From Callorhinchus milii (Eukaryota): a stretch of 64,000 nucleotides of DNA. Location: the NCBI RefSeq assembly GCF_018977255.1, contig NW_024704743.1:91018001-91082000 (forward strand). Reading direction: 5' to 3'. A program made the position numbers and the translations under genes. Shown here in pieces: positions 1-12,686 of the stretch. The notes under the pieces were generated by a model. The model saw nothing but the letters and a program-made list of their open reading frames with translations. It was not told the DNA's origin and searched no databases. Position 1 is the first letter of the stretch. Each line of letters begins with the position of its first letter.

Positions 1-359
1 CTGTCAACCTTCCTGTGTCCCTGTGAACACTTGTACAAATTAATCTTTCCTTTTGTGGACAAGGGTCATCTGTCACATTAGACTTGCCAGGATCAGATTT
101 CTCCTTCATCTCTCACTTTATCATTAAAATCCACCAGGGCATGAAATTGACAAATGCAAGTATACTTCACTAAGTGCAGATTTCACTGTCTGCACGCAAA
201 CAATACACAGAGAACATACACAGACATAAACCAAAGCTAGATGATACTGATAACAAGAAGGTAAAACAATACCTGTCTGTGGATATGGCTCTTATCTCTT
301 TATCGTTTCTGTGGTGGCTTAAATGATACAGTCTTGAACAGATTTGGTCAAAACAGTAT

Positions 360-1442
360 GAAAAAGATTAGTGGGTAACATCAAAAGGAACCCTAAAGTA
401 TTTTATAAGCATATAAAGAATAAAAGGTTGATCAAAGTATACAGTGCTGTCCCCCAGGGTTCGATAGTAAGACCACTGCTGTTTGTAATCTATATACATG
501 ACCTGGACCTGGGTATAATTCAAAAACAATTTCCAAGTTTGCAGATGATACAAAGCTAGGAAAAGTAGTAAACGGTGAGGAGGATAGTAGCAGACTGCAG
601 GAAGACTTAGACAGACTGGTGAAATGGGCAGACACATGGCAGATGAAATTTACTGCGGAGAAATTCGAAATTATGCATTTTGGGAGGAAGAATGAGGAGA
701 GGCAATGTAAGCAAGATCGTACAATGGAACAGAGAGACCTGGGGATTCACATAAGCAAATCTTTGAAGATGGCTGGATAGGTAGATAAAGCTGTTAAAAA
801 AGCATACGGAACACTCTGCTTTAGAAATAGGGGCATAGAATACAAAAGCAAGGAGGTTATGATGAACCTTTATAAAACACTGGTTAGGCCTCAGCTAGAG
901 AGTACTGTGTTCAGTTCTGGGCACCATACCTTAGGAAGGATATCAAGACCTTTCAGAGGATGCAAAGGAGATTTACCAGGATGGTACCAGGAATGAGGGA
1001 CTTATGTTATGTGTTATGTTGAGAGCTAGAGAAGCTAGAATTGTTCTCCTTAGAGAAGAGAAGGTTAAGGGGAGATTTAACAAAGGTGTTCAAAATTATG
1101 AAGGGATTCGATAAAATGAACAGGGAGAAACTGTTTCCATTGGTGGTTGGAACGGTAACCGAAGGACACAGATTTAAGATAGTTATCAAAAGAACCAGAA
1201 TGGAGATGTGGAGAATTTTTTTCACACAGTTTGTATCTGGAATGCATTGCCTGAAAGGGTGGTGGAAGCCGATTCGATAACAACTTTCAAGAGAAATGTA
1301 GATAGATATTTGGTGAGGACAAATTTGCAAGGCTATGGGGAGAGAGCGGGGGAGTGAGATTAATTTGGATAACTCTTTCAAAGAGACGGCACAGACACGA
1401 TGGACCAAATGCCTCCTCCTGTGCTGTATAATTCTATGATTT
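360..1442 (+). mobile_element. CR1 LINE 3' portion, decayed, with internal deletion
   Basis: NPKVFYKHIKNKR is joined directly to VPQGS..PLLFVIYI.DLD. Also FADDTKL and LFSLEKRRLRGDL, and an ATTCTATG-type tail. Confidence 0.92.
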
Positions 1443-2154
1443 CACAGCTGGGATTTGCTATACACTACAGAAGGATCAGCGCTTTTTTGCTTTAAACGCA
1501 TGAGAAATGTTACTTAAAAGTACTCCAGTGTATGTGCAAGTGCTGTTTGTTCAGCACAGTTACACTTTTACAGAACAGTATTGACCCCACTTATCTAATG
1601 GAATGCATATAACATGAATTTTTTCAACCTTTCCAACTTGCATCCTCTTACCACCTACAGAAGATTGACTGGCTGTATTTCAAAGCACCGGGATTTTCAG
1701 AATAATACCATTAAGAGTCTATAGGTATTTCAATTTAAAACCACTGTCAAAATGCCTCTGAAAACCTTACTTCAACACTGTAATTCCTATGATTCTATAG
1801 AGAATTGGGTTACAATGGAATAACTAGCACCAGGTTTTGGGATCAATTTGTTGGATGATCTCCTCCATATTACATAAAATTACATGAATGATATGGTACA
1901 GAAGTAAATCTTTCAGTCCAAGTAGTCTGTGCCAGCACTTACACGCCCCACCCTTCCTCTTGCCTTCACCTATACCCCTCTATTCAGTTCTCCCTCAAAT
2001 ATCCATCAAGTTTTCTCATATAAGTGTTGTATTCATATAATTCTAACATTTGCACATTATATTAATTGTGGTACAAATGCCAACGTTTTGCTCAGATTTG
2101 CATGGTCTCATATACTCTCCATATCGGTCTCATAAGGAAGCTCCAATATTGTGT

Positions 2155-5100
2155 CAACTACAACTTACACCTACATAGTGCCTCCACGCAGGGTAGCATC
2201 TCAGAGCTCTTAACAGTGGTGGAGCCTGATTCCGAGCCTGAGGTGGGGGAGGGGGGGAGGTGACTGTAGGCATGGTCGAAATGGAAGGTTTTCAGGAGGG
2301 ACTTGAAAAAGGGGGAGAGAGGGATCAAGGCGGAGGGATTGAGGGAGAGTGTTCCACAGTTTTGGGGCATAGTGGCTGAAAGTGCAACCTCCAATGGTGG
2401 AGCGGAGGGTATGAGGGACAAGCAGGAGGCAGGTGGCAGTCGAGTGGAGGCGCCGGGTGGTAGATTGGGAATTGAGGAGGTCGGAGAGATAGGGAGGTGC
2501 CAGGGAGTGAATGGATTTGAACACGTGTGAGGACCTTGAAGTCGATCTGTCGATCTGCCAGTGGAGCCTGGTCAGAACTGGTGAGATGTGGGTACAGAGT
2601 TTGGTCCGGGTCAGTATGTGGGCAGCAGAGTTCTGAATGAGCTGGAATTTTTGAATAGTGGAGCTGGGGAGACCGGCGAAGAGTGCATTTGAGTAATCCA
2701 GGTGGGAGGTGACTAATAAATGGATGAGGGTTTCGGCTGCATTTGGGGAAGATACGGTCGCAGGCGGACAATGTGGCGAAGGTGGAGGAAGGCGGTCCTG
2801 GTCAGGGACCAGATGTGGGGGAAAAAGGACAGATGGGGGATGAACTGGACTCCTAGATTGCATACTGGTTCGGTGAGTCTGAAGGAGAGCCCAGGGAAGT
2901 TGAGGAGTTTAGATCCGCAGGAGTGAAGACGTTGATGGGAGCCAAAGTATAGTTTCCACGTTGTCCACATTCAGCTGCAGGAAGTTTGCACTCATCTAGG
3001 CCCTGATGTCTGCCAGAAAAGCTGATTGAACATCGGCGGACCTGGAGTCGATGCTGGAGGAGGCAAAATGTAATCCCAGTGTGTCATCCATATACATGGA
3101 AGTTTACCCCGTGTCTGTGGATGGTATCACTCAGAGGGAGCATATAGATAAGGAAAAGAAGAGGGCCAAGGATGGAGCCCTGGGGTATCCCACAGGTGAC
3201 AGGGCGGCAACAACAACAACAAGATTCCATTTATAAGCACCTTTCATGTCGGGAGGACGTCCCAAGGCGCTGTAAAGTTGGGTCAGGACCCGAGCAGGGG
3301 GGAAATGGTCAGGGTGAGGGGAAGGGAAGGGAGGGGGCGAGGAGGGGGTAGAGAGTCGAGAGGGGAGCTGAAGGCACGGTCAAAGAGAAAGGTCTTGAGA
3401 CCGGCCTTGAAGGAGGAAAGGGAGGAGGCAGCGAAGGCACTGGGGGATAGAGTTCCAGAGCCTCGGGGCTGAGAGGCTGAAGGCCCGGCCACCGATGGTA
3501 GGGCGGTTGGGGCGGGAGATGTGGAGCAGACCGGAGCCAGAGGAAGGGAGGGTACGGGCAGGTAGGTAGGGGGATAGTAGGTCGGAGAAGTAGGAGGGAG
3601 CGAGGCCGTGAATGGCCTTGTAGGTGAGGATGAGGATCTTGAAATCGATCCTCTGACAGTGAGTGAAGAAACCATTTGCAGAGATGAAATGGAGGCAGTT
3701 GGTTAAGTAGGACTCGAACCATGTGAGTGCGGTCCCACTAAGCTGGATGAGGGAGGAGAGGAGGAGGTGGACTGTGTCGAACGGGGCAGAGAGATCCAGG
3801 AGAACGAGGAAGCAGAGGGAGCCCTGGTCACAGATAGAGAGGACGTTGTTTGTGACTTTGAAAAGTGCTGTCTCTGTGCTGTGTGCAGGGCGAAACCCAG
3901 ACTGCAGGAGGTTGAGGAGGGAGTGGAGGGAGAGGTGTAACCAAAGTTGACCTGCAATAATGCGATCCAGGACTTTGGCAAGGAAGGGTAGGTTAGAAAT
4001 GGGATAGTAGTGTGAGAGATTAGAGGGATCGAGGGTGGGTTTTTTGAGGAGTGGTGTGAAACAGTAGTTTTCAGGGGGAGTGGAACAGAGCCTGAGGAGA
4101 GAGACTGGTGGACCGTGTCAGCCAGCAGAGTGGAAAGGAGGGGTCGAGTGACCAGCAGCTGGGTGGGGAGGGGTTCGAGGCCACAGGTGGTGACCTTCAT
4201 CCAGGTGATTGTGGTTGAGAGGGAGGAGGGAGAAATGGGGGCAAAGGAATGTAAGGAGCGGGGAGTGGCAGGAGCCATGGAGGAGGGAGAAGGCAATGTG
4301 GATGGTCTGGGTAGCGTGGAAGGGGACATGGGGAGGGAAAACGATGCAGCCAAGCAGATGTTTTCGATATTTGAGGCGAAGAATTCTAGGACCTCTTCAC
4401 ACTTGAAGTTTGATTTTAAGGTAGAGGGAACTTGAGGGGGTACACAAAGGAGGTGATGGACAGTGGAAAACAGTGTCCTTGGGTTGTTTTTGGCTTCCTG
4501 GATGACTTTGGAGTAGAGGTTAGTTTTGGCCTGTGAAAGAAAGAGTTGGTAGGTGTGGAGGTGCTTTAGCCACAGCTGGCGGTGAATAGTGAGGCCGGAT
4601 TTCGGCCATCTGCGCTCGAGCGTCCAGGTTTGGGTTTTAAGTGAGCGGAGATGACTGTTGTACCAGGGAGAGCAGGTGGATTTGGAAGCATTCCTGGATT
4701 TCAAGGGAGCCAGGGAATTGAAGGTTGTGGAGAGACAGTCATTCAGCAGCTTGATGGCTGCATCAAGATCACTTGAGAGGAGGTCCGAGGAAGAGAGGGA
4801 TTTTGTGAGGGACTCAGGAAAAGAATGGTGGAAGGCTTGGAAGAGGGGAGGGGGATGTGGGAGAGGAGAGGGAGATGAGGAAGTGGTCCGAGATGGCCTT
4901 TTCCATGATAGACAGGTCAGAAATGTCAAGGCCATGTGTGATGAAGAGGTCGAGTGGCTAGCCACGGTTGTGAGTCGGCGAGTTGATGTGGAGGGTGAGA
5001 TTTAGGGAGGAGAGGAGGGCAGTGAAATCCGAGGAGGTGGTGCAAGGGGAATTTAGGTGGAAGTTGAAATCACCGACTATGAGCAGGTTTTGAGTGCAGA

Positions 5101-5440
5101 GGGACAGGATTGAGAGGGGAGAGGAGATATCGGTGAGGAAGGAGCTAGGAGGCTTTTGAGTTGCGGTAAACTAGGAGGATTTTGAGGGAGAGAGAGGAGG
5201 GATGGTAGACAGTTGGGGTGGCTACTCTGGGACAACCAATGCCAGAAGCCATGATGGGCCTGGTGGAGGATATTGAAGCTGGAGCAGAGGGTCCAGGAGA
5301 GAGAGAAGGCAAGGAGGGTAGTGGGAGAGAAGGACAGAGTAGGAGTAGCGGAGTGTGGGGGGTAGGAGTAAAAATATTTTCAGAGGGAGCGGCTCGGGTT
5401 GTCAAAAGGACAGCATATACACAAACATTTCTCCACATCA
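2155..5440 (-). mobile_element. Near-full-length decayed L2 LINE (leader, partial APE endonuclease, RT, 3' tail), interrupted at 3208-3655
   Basis: Motifs [48 protein letters not shown] and KILLVYR. The leader motif YSYSVLL is at 5327-5347. Confidence 0.9.
3208..3655 (-). mobile_element. Young L2 subfamily 3' fragment nested in the older L2
   Basis: (GTT)n tail and ...ATAAATGGAATCTT end. Closely similar to the copies at 23368 and 51187. Confidence 0.9.
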
Positions 5441-5693
5441 GTAGTCCAACTTTGTGTAACTCAGATGGCTCTCTAAGGAGCAACAGACGTGTCCTTGGAT
5501 CCTCCAGCCAACAAAAACGTAATTGAATAGGGAACAAAACCTAAATATCAAAGTATAATTACAGTGAAAAAGCCAAAAATGTGTCATTTGTGTCATTTGC
5601 AATGTGTTGAAATATACCGACTATCACCTCAGAATGCCTTGGTATATTTCAAGCAGCAATTGAATGTTCCAGAAGGTTTAATAGTTAAATGGT

Positions 5694-5910
5694 TAATAAT
5701 AATAATAATAATCCTTGCATTTTGATATAGCGCTTTTCACATCTTCTAGATTTCTCAAAGCGCTTCACAAATACGCTGTAAAGTGAATTGACTGTATATT
5801 TGTGGGCGAAACGCGGCAGCCAATTGCGCACAGCAATGTCCCACAAACAGTTGTGGATTGAAAATGACCAATTTTTTTTGTTTTGTTTTTTGGAGGGATT
5901 ATTATTGGGC
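5694..5910 (-). mobile_element. Deu-domain SINE, 5'-truncated
   Basis: (ATT)n tail, ATCAAATGCAAGG end, CTGTTTGTGGGA..AATTGGCTGCCGCGTTT core. Confidence 0.88.
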
Positions 5911-7115
5911 GTGCATGAAGATGTTTCTCCTAGACTTCCCATTAGATCTACGAGATGTGAAATTGGGAATGCTCTGTGCAAAATATCCTTTTAAAGAATT
6001 CATCATTTACTGGGGACACAAAGCTCAAGTCATATTTGTGAGTAAATTAGTTACTCAAGAATTAAGTCATCGTCACCTAAGACTCTAGGAAAAGGGAAAA
6101 AGACTTCAGTCAAGAGTGGAGCAAAACTCTCAGCACATTTTTCCAAACCTAGAATCCTTTAGACTCAACCAAAATGTATACACAATACATACTTGATACC
6201 CATTCAGTGGGTTAGGCCTTTTCCGAGACGCCGTCTGGCATGAAGGGTGCTATATAAATGCAAGTTGTTGTTTCATCATCATTTTGGAGGTATAGGTTAA
6301 GAGTAGGTACTTCAGCACATCTGCTGGAATAGGTATAAGACTGCTTCTCTTTGCAGGGCAGACGCAATCATTCTTATAAATAGCTTTTGTCTATATATAT
6401 CTACCTGCCTTTGGGTGACCCTTGCTTCATTTGTATTTGAGCTTCCAGGTTCTGTCTCATTTGCCTTAATGACAGATGAGCTGTCTTTAGCTCCCGCAAG
6501 GCGAAATGCAAATCTATTTATAAGAAGTGCCTTGAGTGGTGGCAAAATAGCACTTTGGAACAATTAATTTTGAACTTTAGAGCATCTGTAATCACATTGA
6601 AAGTCCGAACTATTTTATAAGGACAATTAAGTCACAAATTTATCAAAGAGAAGCTAACAATGCAGTGTATTCCAGCCTCTTCAATCAGATCATGAGGCCC
6701 CACCCCCACAAAAAGAGGAAAAGATGTGAAATAAGGGAATTTGGGGAATGTTAAAATAAAGCCAAAGATGAGTTTCTTAATTCGTACCTTTTTCATTTAA
6801 TAGGCTGTGTAAAAGTGGATTTGCCACTGCGGAAATCTGATCAGCTCAGCAGTTAAGTGGGTGCTGAGAGAGATGAGAATCCATGTTTCAGTGAACTGCA
6901 ACGTGGATACTAACAAAATCCATCTAAAACTACACTGTACTTTAAAATTCCGGTTACCTAAAGTACTCTCGACTCAGAACAGGAATTCAGCTAATGGAAA
7001 TTGCAATTAGCGTTTTGAATCCCAATTCTGAATATCGAAAACAAGGCTCCCATTAAAAAGGGGATGAATTTGAATGAGGAAGGGATACATAACCCCACAC
7101 AGTTTACATGTATAT

Positions 7116-7255
7116 AATTCCGATGAAGGGTCATGGACCCGAAATGTTGAACTCACTTTTCTTTCTCCATAGATGCTGCCTGACCCTCTGAGTGTTCCCA
7201 GCGACTTCTGTTTTTGTTTCAGATTTCCAGCATCTGCAGTATTTTGTGTTTTGTT
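7116..7255 (+). mobile_element. Penelope-like element pLTR remnant with a degenerate minimal hammerhead ribozyme (about 7116-7154)
   Basis: C(c)GATGA-a-GGGTC-atg-GACCC-GAAA-tgtt followed by AGATGCTGCCTGACC..CTGAG..CCAGCA, the pattern typical of PLE termini. Confidence 0.72.
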
Positions 7256-7544
7256 TTCTCATTAAAAACAATTTACAAAATGAATTGTCTTTTGGCATTG
7301 CCACGTGATAGGAGACGGCAACAGCAACAACAACAACTGAAACTGTTTGTGGACCTGTATTTAGGCTATTTCACTGTATCTTCTCAGTATTGTATCTAAA
7401 ATATGAAAGGAGCAGAATAAAAGATATTACAACGATGGGATTAATGCTGTGAGGAAGTCTGACAATTATCACAAGTTAATTCAACTGTTTCGAAATTGAA
7501 AGTAAAATTGTACAACAATCCACAATATCAAAAGGACATCATTA

Positions 7545-7780
7545 ATCAAGAACAGGTTGGAGCTTTTCCCTCTGGAGATGAGATGATTGAGAGGGAACCT
7601 GATAGAGGTGATTAACATTATGAAAGAATTCAAAAAGGTAGACATTAATTGTCTGCTTCCACTTGTTGGTGAGTCCAACATGAAGGGCCATAAATATAAT
7701 GCAGCCAGTAGCAGATCTAAAGGAGGAACTTCTTTATGTAGAGGGTGGTGCGAATGTGGAACTCATTGCTGGAAGCTGGA
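7545..7780 (+). mobile_element. CR1 LINE ORF2 C-terminal fragment
   Basis: LRGNLIEVINIMK...KGHKY motif. Confidence 0.75.
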
Positions 7781-7796
7781 GGTATTGATCTCACTT

Positions 7797-8123
7797 AATA
7801 ATAATAATAATAATAATAATAATCCTTGCATTTGATATAGCGCTTTTCACGTCGGGAGGACGTCCCAAAGCGCTTCACAGAACACACTGTAAAGTGAATT
7901 GACTGTATATTTGTGGGCGAACGCGGCAGCCAATTGCGCCCAGCAATGTCCCACAAACAGTCATGGATTGAAAATGACCAATTTATTATTGTTTTTGGTT
8001 TTGGAGGGATTATCAGTAGGCGTGTGGAGTAAGGAAACTTGCCCAAGGTTTCGCCCTGCCTGGAATTGAACTCAGGTCTCTAGCTTGCAAAGCGAGTGCT
8101 CAACCACTGAGCTACAGGACTCC
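7797..8123 (-). mobile_element. Full-length tRNA-Ala-headed Deu SINE with an L2-type tail loop and CACTTAAT target-site duplication
   Basis: GGAGTCCTGTAGCTCAGTGG head, Deu core and (ATT)n tail. CACTTAAT occurs at 7792-7799 and 8123-8130. Confidence 0.92.
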
Positions 8124-8134
8124 ACTTAATCTGA

Positions 8135-8770
8135 GTTAGGCCAGTATCTCCGCAACTTCACCCGGCTCCGCCACTGCCTCTCCCCTCAGGCCACCAAGAC
8201 CATCATCCATGCATTTGTCACTTCCAGGCTCAACTACATCAACTCCCTGCTTGTCGACCTTTCCAACTCTTCCCTCAAGAAGGTGTAGGTCATCCAGAAT
8301 TCTGCAGCTCATGTCCTCTCCTGCACCAGGCTCCGTGACCCCATCACCCCCACCCTCGCCCGGCTCCACTGGCTCTCCATCTCCCAGAGGATAGAGTTCA
8401 AAATCCTCGTCCTTGCCTTGAAGGCCCTCCATTACTTTGCTCCTCTCTACATCTGCGACTTGCTGACCCCATATCAACCTGTCCGCTCCCTCCACTCAGC
8501 AGGCGCCGGCCTGCTCCATGGCCCCCCCATGATCATCGGTGGTCGGGCCTTCAGCCTTTCTGCCTGCACCTTCTGGAACTCCATCCCACATTCACTTTGT
8601 TTTGCTCTCTCCCGTGCCTCCTTCAAGGCACGTCTCATGACCCTCCATTCCCTGGCCTCCACCTACCCCTTGATCCCAATCTCCTGCTCAGGTCCAAATC
8701 CCTGACTGTCTAGCACCTTGGGACATTCTCTTGACGTGATAGGAGCTGTACGAATGTTATTTGTTGTTTC
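8135..8770 (+). mobile_element. L2 LINE 3' fragment
   Basis: IHAFVTSRLNY..LHWL..RIEFKIL-like frames and an L2 3' tail ending in GTT repeats. Confidence 0.88.
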
Positions 8771-9335
8771 AAAGAGTTTATATCGCAACGTGCAGTTTAA
8801 TATAATGAACTGTCAACATGTGCGAACAGAAATTTCCTCAAAACATAAACATAATTCCCATTAAACCTACTGCTCCAAACTCAACCCCATTTGAAAATCT
8901 GCAGCCAGATCAGAGCGGAATTTGAAGTTCAAACATTAATGCAGTTCAGTAGAAAATCTCTTACTGGGCTCCAAAGTGCGAAACTGCTATGGTGCTAATG
9001 TTACTTTACTAAAGGCTGACACCTTATCCAGATGTTATCCAACAATATTCAGATAAATTTGGTCATTGCTGTTTGTGGGATATCACTGTGTGCAAATTGC
9101 AGACAGTAATACGCAGTCATTAGATTTTGCAGTAAAATCTTAGGAAGCACTTTAACCTCCTTTAAGACCCAACTCAAGATCCTTCTCTTTGACTGTGTCT
9201 TCCGTCACCCTCTCCGCCCTCCACCCCTCCTGATCCCAACCACCAGCTCGGGTGCGGATCCCTGACTGTCTAGCGACTTGGGACATCCTCCTGACATGAA
9301 AAACACTACACAAATTAATTTATTGTATTGTTGTT
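8771..9335 (+). repeat. Copy 1 of a local direct duplication (unique DNA + SINE part + L2 tail)
   Basis: Aligns by eye with 10557-11245 but lacks the internal SINE segment. Confidence 0.88.
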
Positions 9336-10556
9336 GTGAGTAAACCCTGAGAGATCATTTTCTATGTTTCCATAGATGCCTTCTTGATCACTTTGGGCCC
9401 AGTCTCCAACTTGTATTTATGTACAACATGAATCGTTTTTGAGCATCAAAGTGACCGTTCCTAGTTTATTTACAGGATACTGCCCTAACACCCAAAAAAA
9501 AACCTTCAATACAACTACAGCGATTTGAAGTTTACTGATGTTTCCTCCAAAGCAAAACTTAATGTAGTTTTGCATACACTGAGATTTGATGCAAACAACA
9601 GTGAAATCTGTAAAGCTGCCAGCTCCCTTTTTGCTGAACTGGTTCAGTCCTGTATTAAAACATGCTTAAAGCAACATTTTCCCTGCTTAGTTATGTCACT
9701 ATTTATTCTTAATAACTTTTCATTCATAATACATAATTAATCTTATTTCTAGAAGCAGCATTCGAAAAGAAAAGGGAGTTTCTCCTAATATTATTCCCAC
9801 AAATAAAGTGGTCATCCACTTTATGGCTGTTTGTTAGACATTGCAATGCACAACTTGACTGCCATGTTTACCTGCAAATACACAGCCATGACACTTTACA
9901 TTAAAACTCTGCGAGCTATTTGTTTTGTATTCATTTGACGATGTTTGATTTTGATTTATCAGTTAATAAAACACTTCTTTCTTCCTTAGTTCCGAAATGT
10001 GACTGGGAACTCAAATACTCTTTGGTTCTTGGCCAAAAGCACCACAACCATTCAGAAAAAATCGAGAGTTGGCACGTTTTGCATTTCGGAAAATGGTCAA
10101 GTTTGATCCGTCCTCAAATAGTTAAAAGAAGAAAGAAATTAAATCTGACTCACAAGAACTTTTCTTACTTAGTTTCACTTACTTATCATTGCAATGCAGG
10201 CTGCTTGCACGCTATTCTCAGGATGCCCTGTAACAGCCCGGATATTTCCGTGACAGGAGAGGGGCAGCACCGGACAGTATTTGTATCCCAAGCACTGGCT
10301 GAGCACAAGTTATCATTTACTTCAGTCTACAGCCAGCAAGTTGATGGAAGTTTGCAGGGAAGGAGGAGCGTAGGTAATATTCAGAACAAAAGACCAGGGA
10401 GAGTGTACAGGAGCACCTCACAAACGTAACACAATCTGCCGGTGTCCCATTGCAAAGCTATGTTAATTGATGAGCTCTTTGTTCTGTATTCTCAGAGTTA
10501 ATACCAGAAAGAAAGGAAAGTGCAGGAAAATAACCGGATGATCAGATTTTGCGCAT

Positions 10557-11245
10557 GAAGAGTTTATATCACAAGGTGAGGTTCAATATAATGAACTGTC
10601 AACATGTGCGTGCAAAAATTTCCACAAAATATAAACACAAGTCCCATTAACCCTCCTGCTCCAAACTCAACCCCATCTGAAAATCTGCAGCCAGATCAGA
10701 GTGGAATTTGAAGTTCAAACATTAATGCAGTTCAGTAGAAAATCCCTTACTTGGCTCCGAAGTGCGAAACTGCTATTGTGCTAATGTTAATTTACTAAAG
10801 GCTGACACCCCAGTACATTACTGGGGGTTCGCCTCATTGTCGGTGGTGCCAACTTCAGATGAAACATTAAACTAATGACCTGTCTGCCTTTTAAACTGGA
10901 TGTTAAAGCTTCTATGGCACTATTCAAAAAGGGAGTCTCTCTCGATGTCCTAGTCAACAATAACCAGATAAATTTGGTCATTGTTGTTTGTGGGATATTA
11001 CTGTGTGCAAATTGGCTATAAATACGCAGTCATTAGATTTTGCAGTAAAATCTTAGGAAGCACTTTAACCTCCTTCAAGACCCAATTCAAGACCCTCCTC
11101 TTCGACCATGTCCTTGGTCATCCTCCCCGCCCTCCACCACTCCTGAACCCAACCACCAGCTCGGGTGTGGATCCCTGATTGTCTAGCGCCTTGGGACGTC
11201 CTCCTGATGTGATAAGCGCTATACAAATGTTATTTGTTGTTTCAA
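10557..11245 (+). repeat. Copy 2 of the local direct duplication
   Basis: Shares AAGAGTTTATATC...AAATCTGCAGCCAGATCAGAG...CATTAGATTTTGCAGTAAAATCTTAGGAAGCACTTTAACCTCC with copy 1. Confidence 0.88.
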
Positions 11246-12206
11246 CGATGTAATAAGCTCATACACCAAATGCAGGCATTATTATTATTATTATATCCCC
11301 CTGAATCACCAAGCATCTAAATTTGATTTGCCAAAGTGCTAGATGGTAATGCCAACCATCAAAAAATTGTGTGGGAAAAATAAATATAATAGAAGTGAAT
11401 GGCAAGTCTGTGATGGGCCAAAATATTAAGCTTCCAGAAGAGAAGGTGATTGTTTTTGTACATTGGTCCATATCCTGAGACAAGTACACATATTTTGTTA
11501 ATTGTTGCTTAATAATAATTTTCCTGCTTTAATGTCAGGATTTCAAGCAAGTAGAAATGAATCTGTGCCATTTTCCCACAAACGGATAAGTTTAATGTTC
11601 TGGAAAACCAGCCACAGTACAGAAATTACACAGAAAGCTTTCCTGAATTTGCGGGCGAGTGGGGGGGAGGAATCATGCAATACTGCTTCACATTCAGAAG
11701 AAAGTTATGCAAACAGTCATAAGGTGAATGAACAGTTGACCTGGAATCATCTCACACTGCCAGCGGTGTCAAGTGCTGTATTTGTAGCCGAAGCCTCAAA
11801 CCAGCACAGCATGTTGAAACATAGCCATTGCAAACCACACACTCAAATTGATAATGACCTGTAAATCTCTCTGTAAACCCATGTTTACATATAGTTTACA
11901 CAAGTCACAAACTATACGGCAGTGTACGGAGTCAAAAAAAAGTTCCACAAGAGTTAACACAAATAAATATATTCTAATTTAAACAATACAAGCGGACTCC
12001 ATTATAATTATTATAATTGATCAGTTTCCTATTCAGCTCCGGCTGCAAATTCTTTCCAAACAGTTTTACTGGCAATTCTCCAAAAACGGACAAACAGGGC
12101 ACTGAGAGACACTGACCCTGATCTTTCCTTAAATCACCACTGCTTGAATTCACCACGGTGACAGAATTTTTAGAGTTCACTTTGTACACTGAAATCAAAA
12201 ATTTAA

Positions 12207-12686
12207 CACAACAACAACAACTTGATTTATATAGCGCCCTCCACGCCGGACGGCGTCTCAGAGCGCTTCACAGTAACAGATCCTGGGGCCGAGCCAAGGG
12301 GAGAGGGAGGAAGGTGAGCAAAGGCGCAGTTGAAAAGTCTTCAGCCGAGACCTGAAAATAGGAAGAGAGGGGGCGAGACAAAAGGAGTGAGGAAGGGAGT
12401 TCCAGATCCCCGGGGCATAGTGGCTGAAGGCACGGCTGCCGAGGGTGGAGCAGAGGACTCTGGGGACAAGAAGCAGGCCAGACCCGGTGGAATGAAGGGA
12501 ACGGGCACTGTTGTGAGGAGAGAGGAGGTCAGAGAGAGGTAGGGGGGTGCAGAAGAGGGGAGGGATTTGAAGACAAGGGTAAGGATCTTGAAGTTGATCC
12601 TCTCTGGGACAGGCAGCCAGTACAGTCTGGCAAAGACTGGGATAATCAGGGAGTGGAGTTTGGTGCGGGTAAGAATATGGGCGGCA
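12207..12686 (-). mobile_element. L2 LINE 3' fragment
   Basis: LSDLLSPHNSARSLHS..GSRAFSHYAPGIWNSLP and a (GTT)n tail. Confidence 0.88.

Noticed and set aside
3703..4965. 420-aa ORF as a novel gene
   Set aside because: It is a frameshifted mosaic of the L2 ORF2 endonuclease-RT linker. C-rich strand bias explains the lack of stops.
9920..10429. 169-aa ORF, or a minus-strand exon with a GTAAGT donor near 10180
   Set aside because: No recognisable domain or compatible acceptor. More likely non-coding unique DNA.
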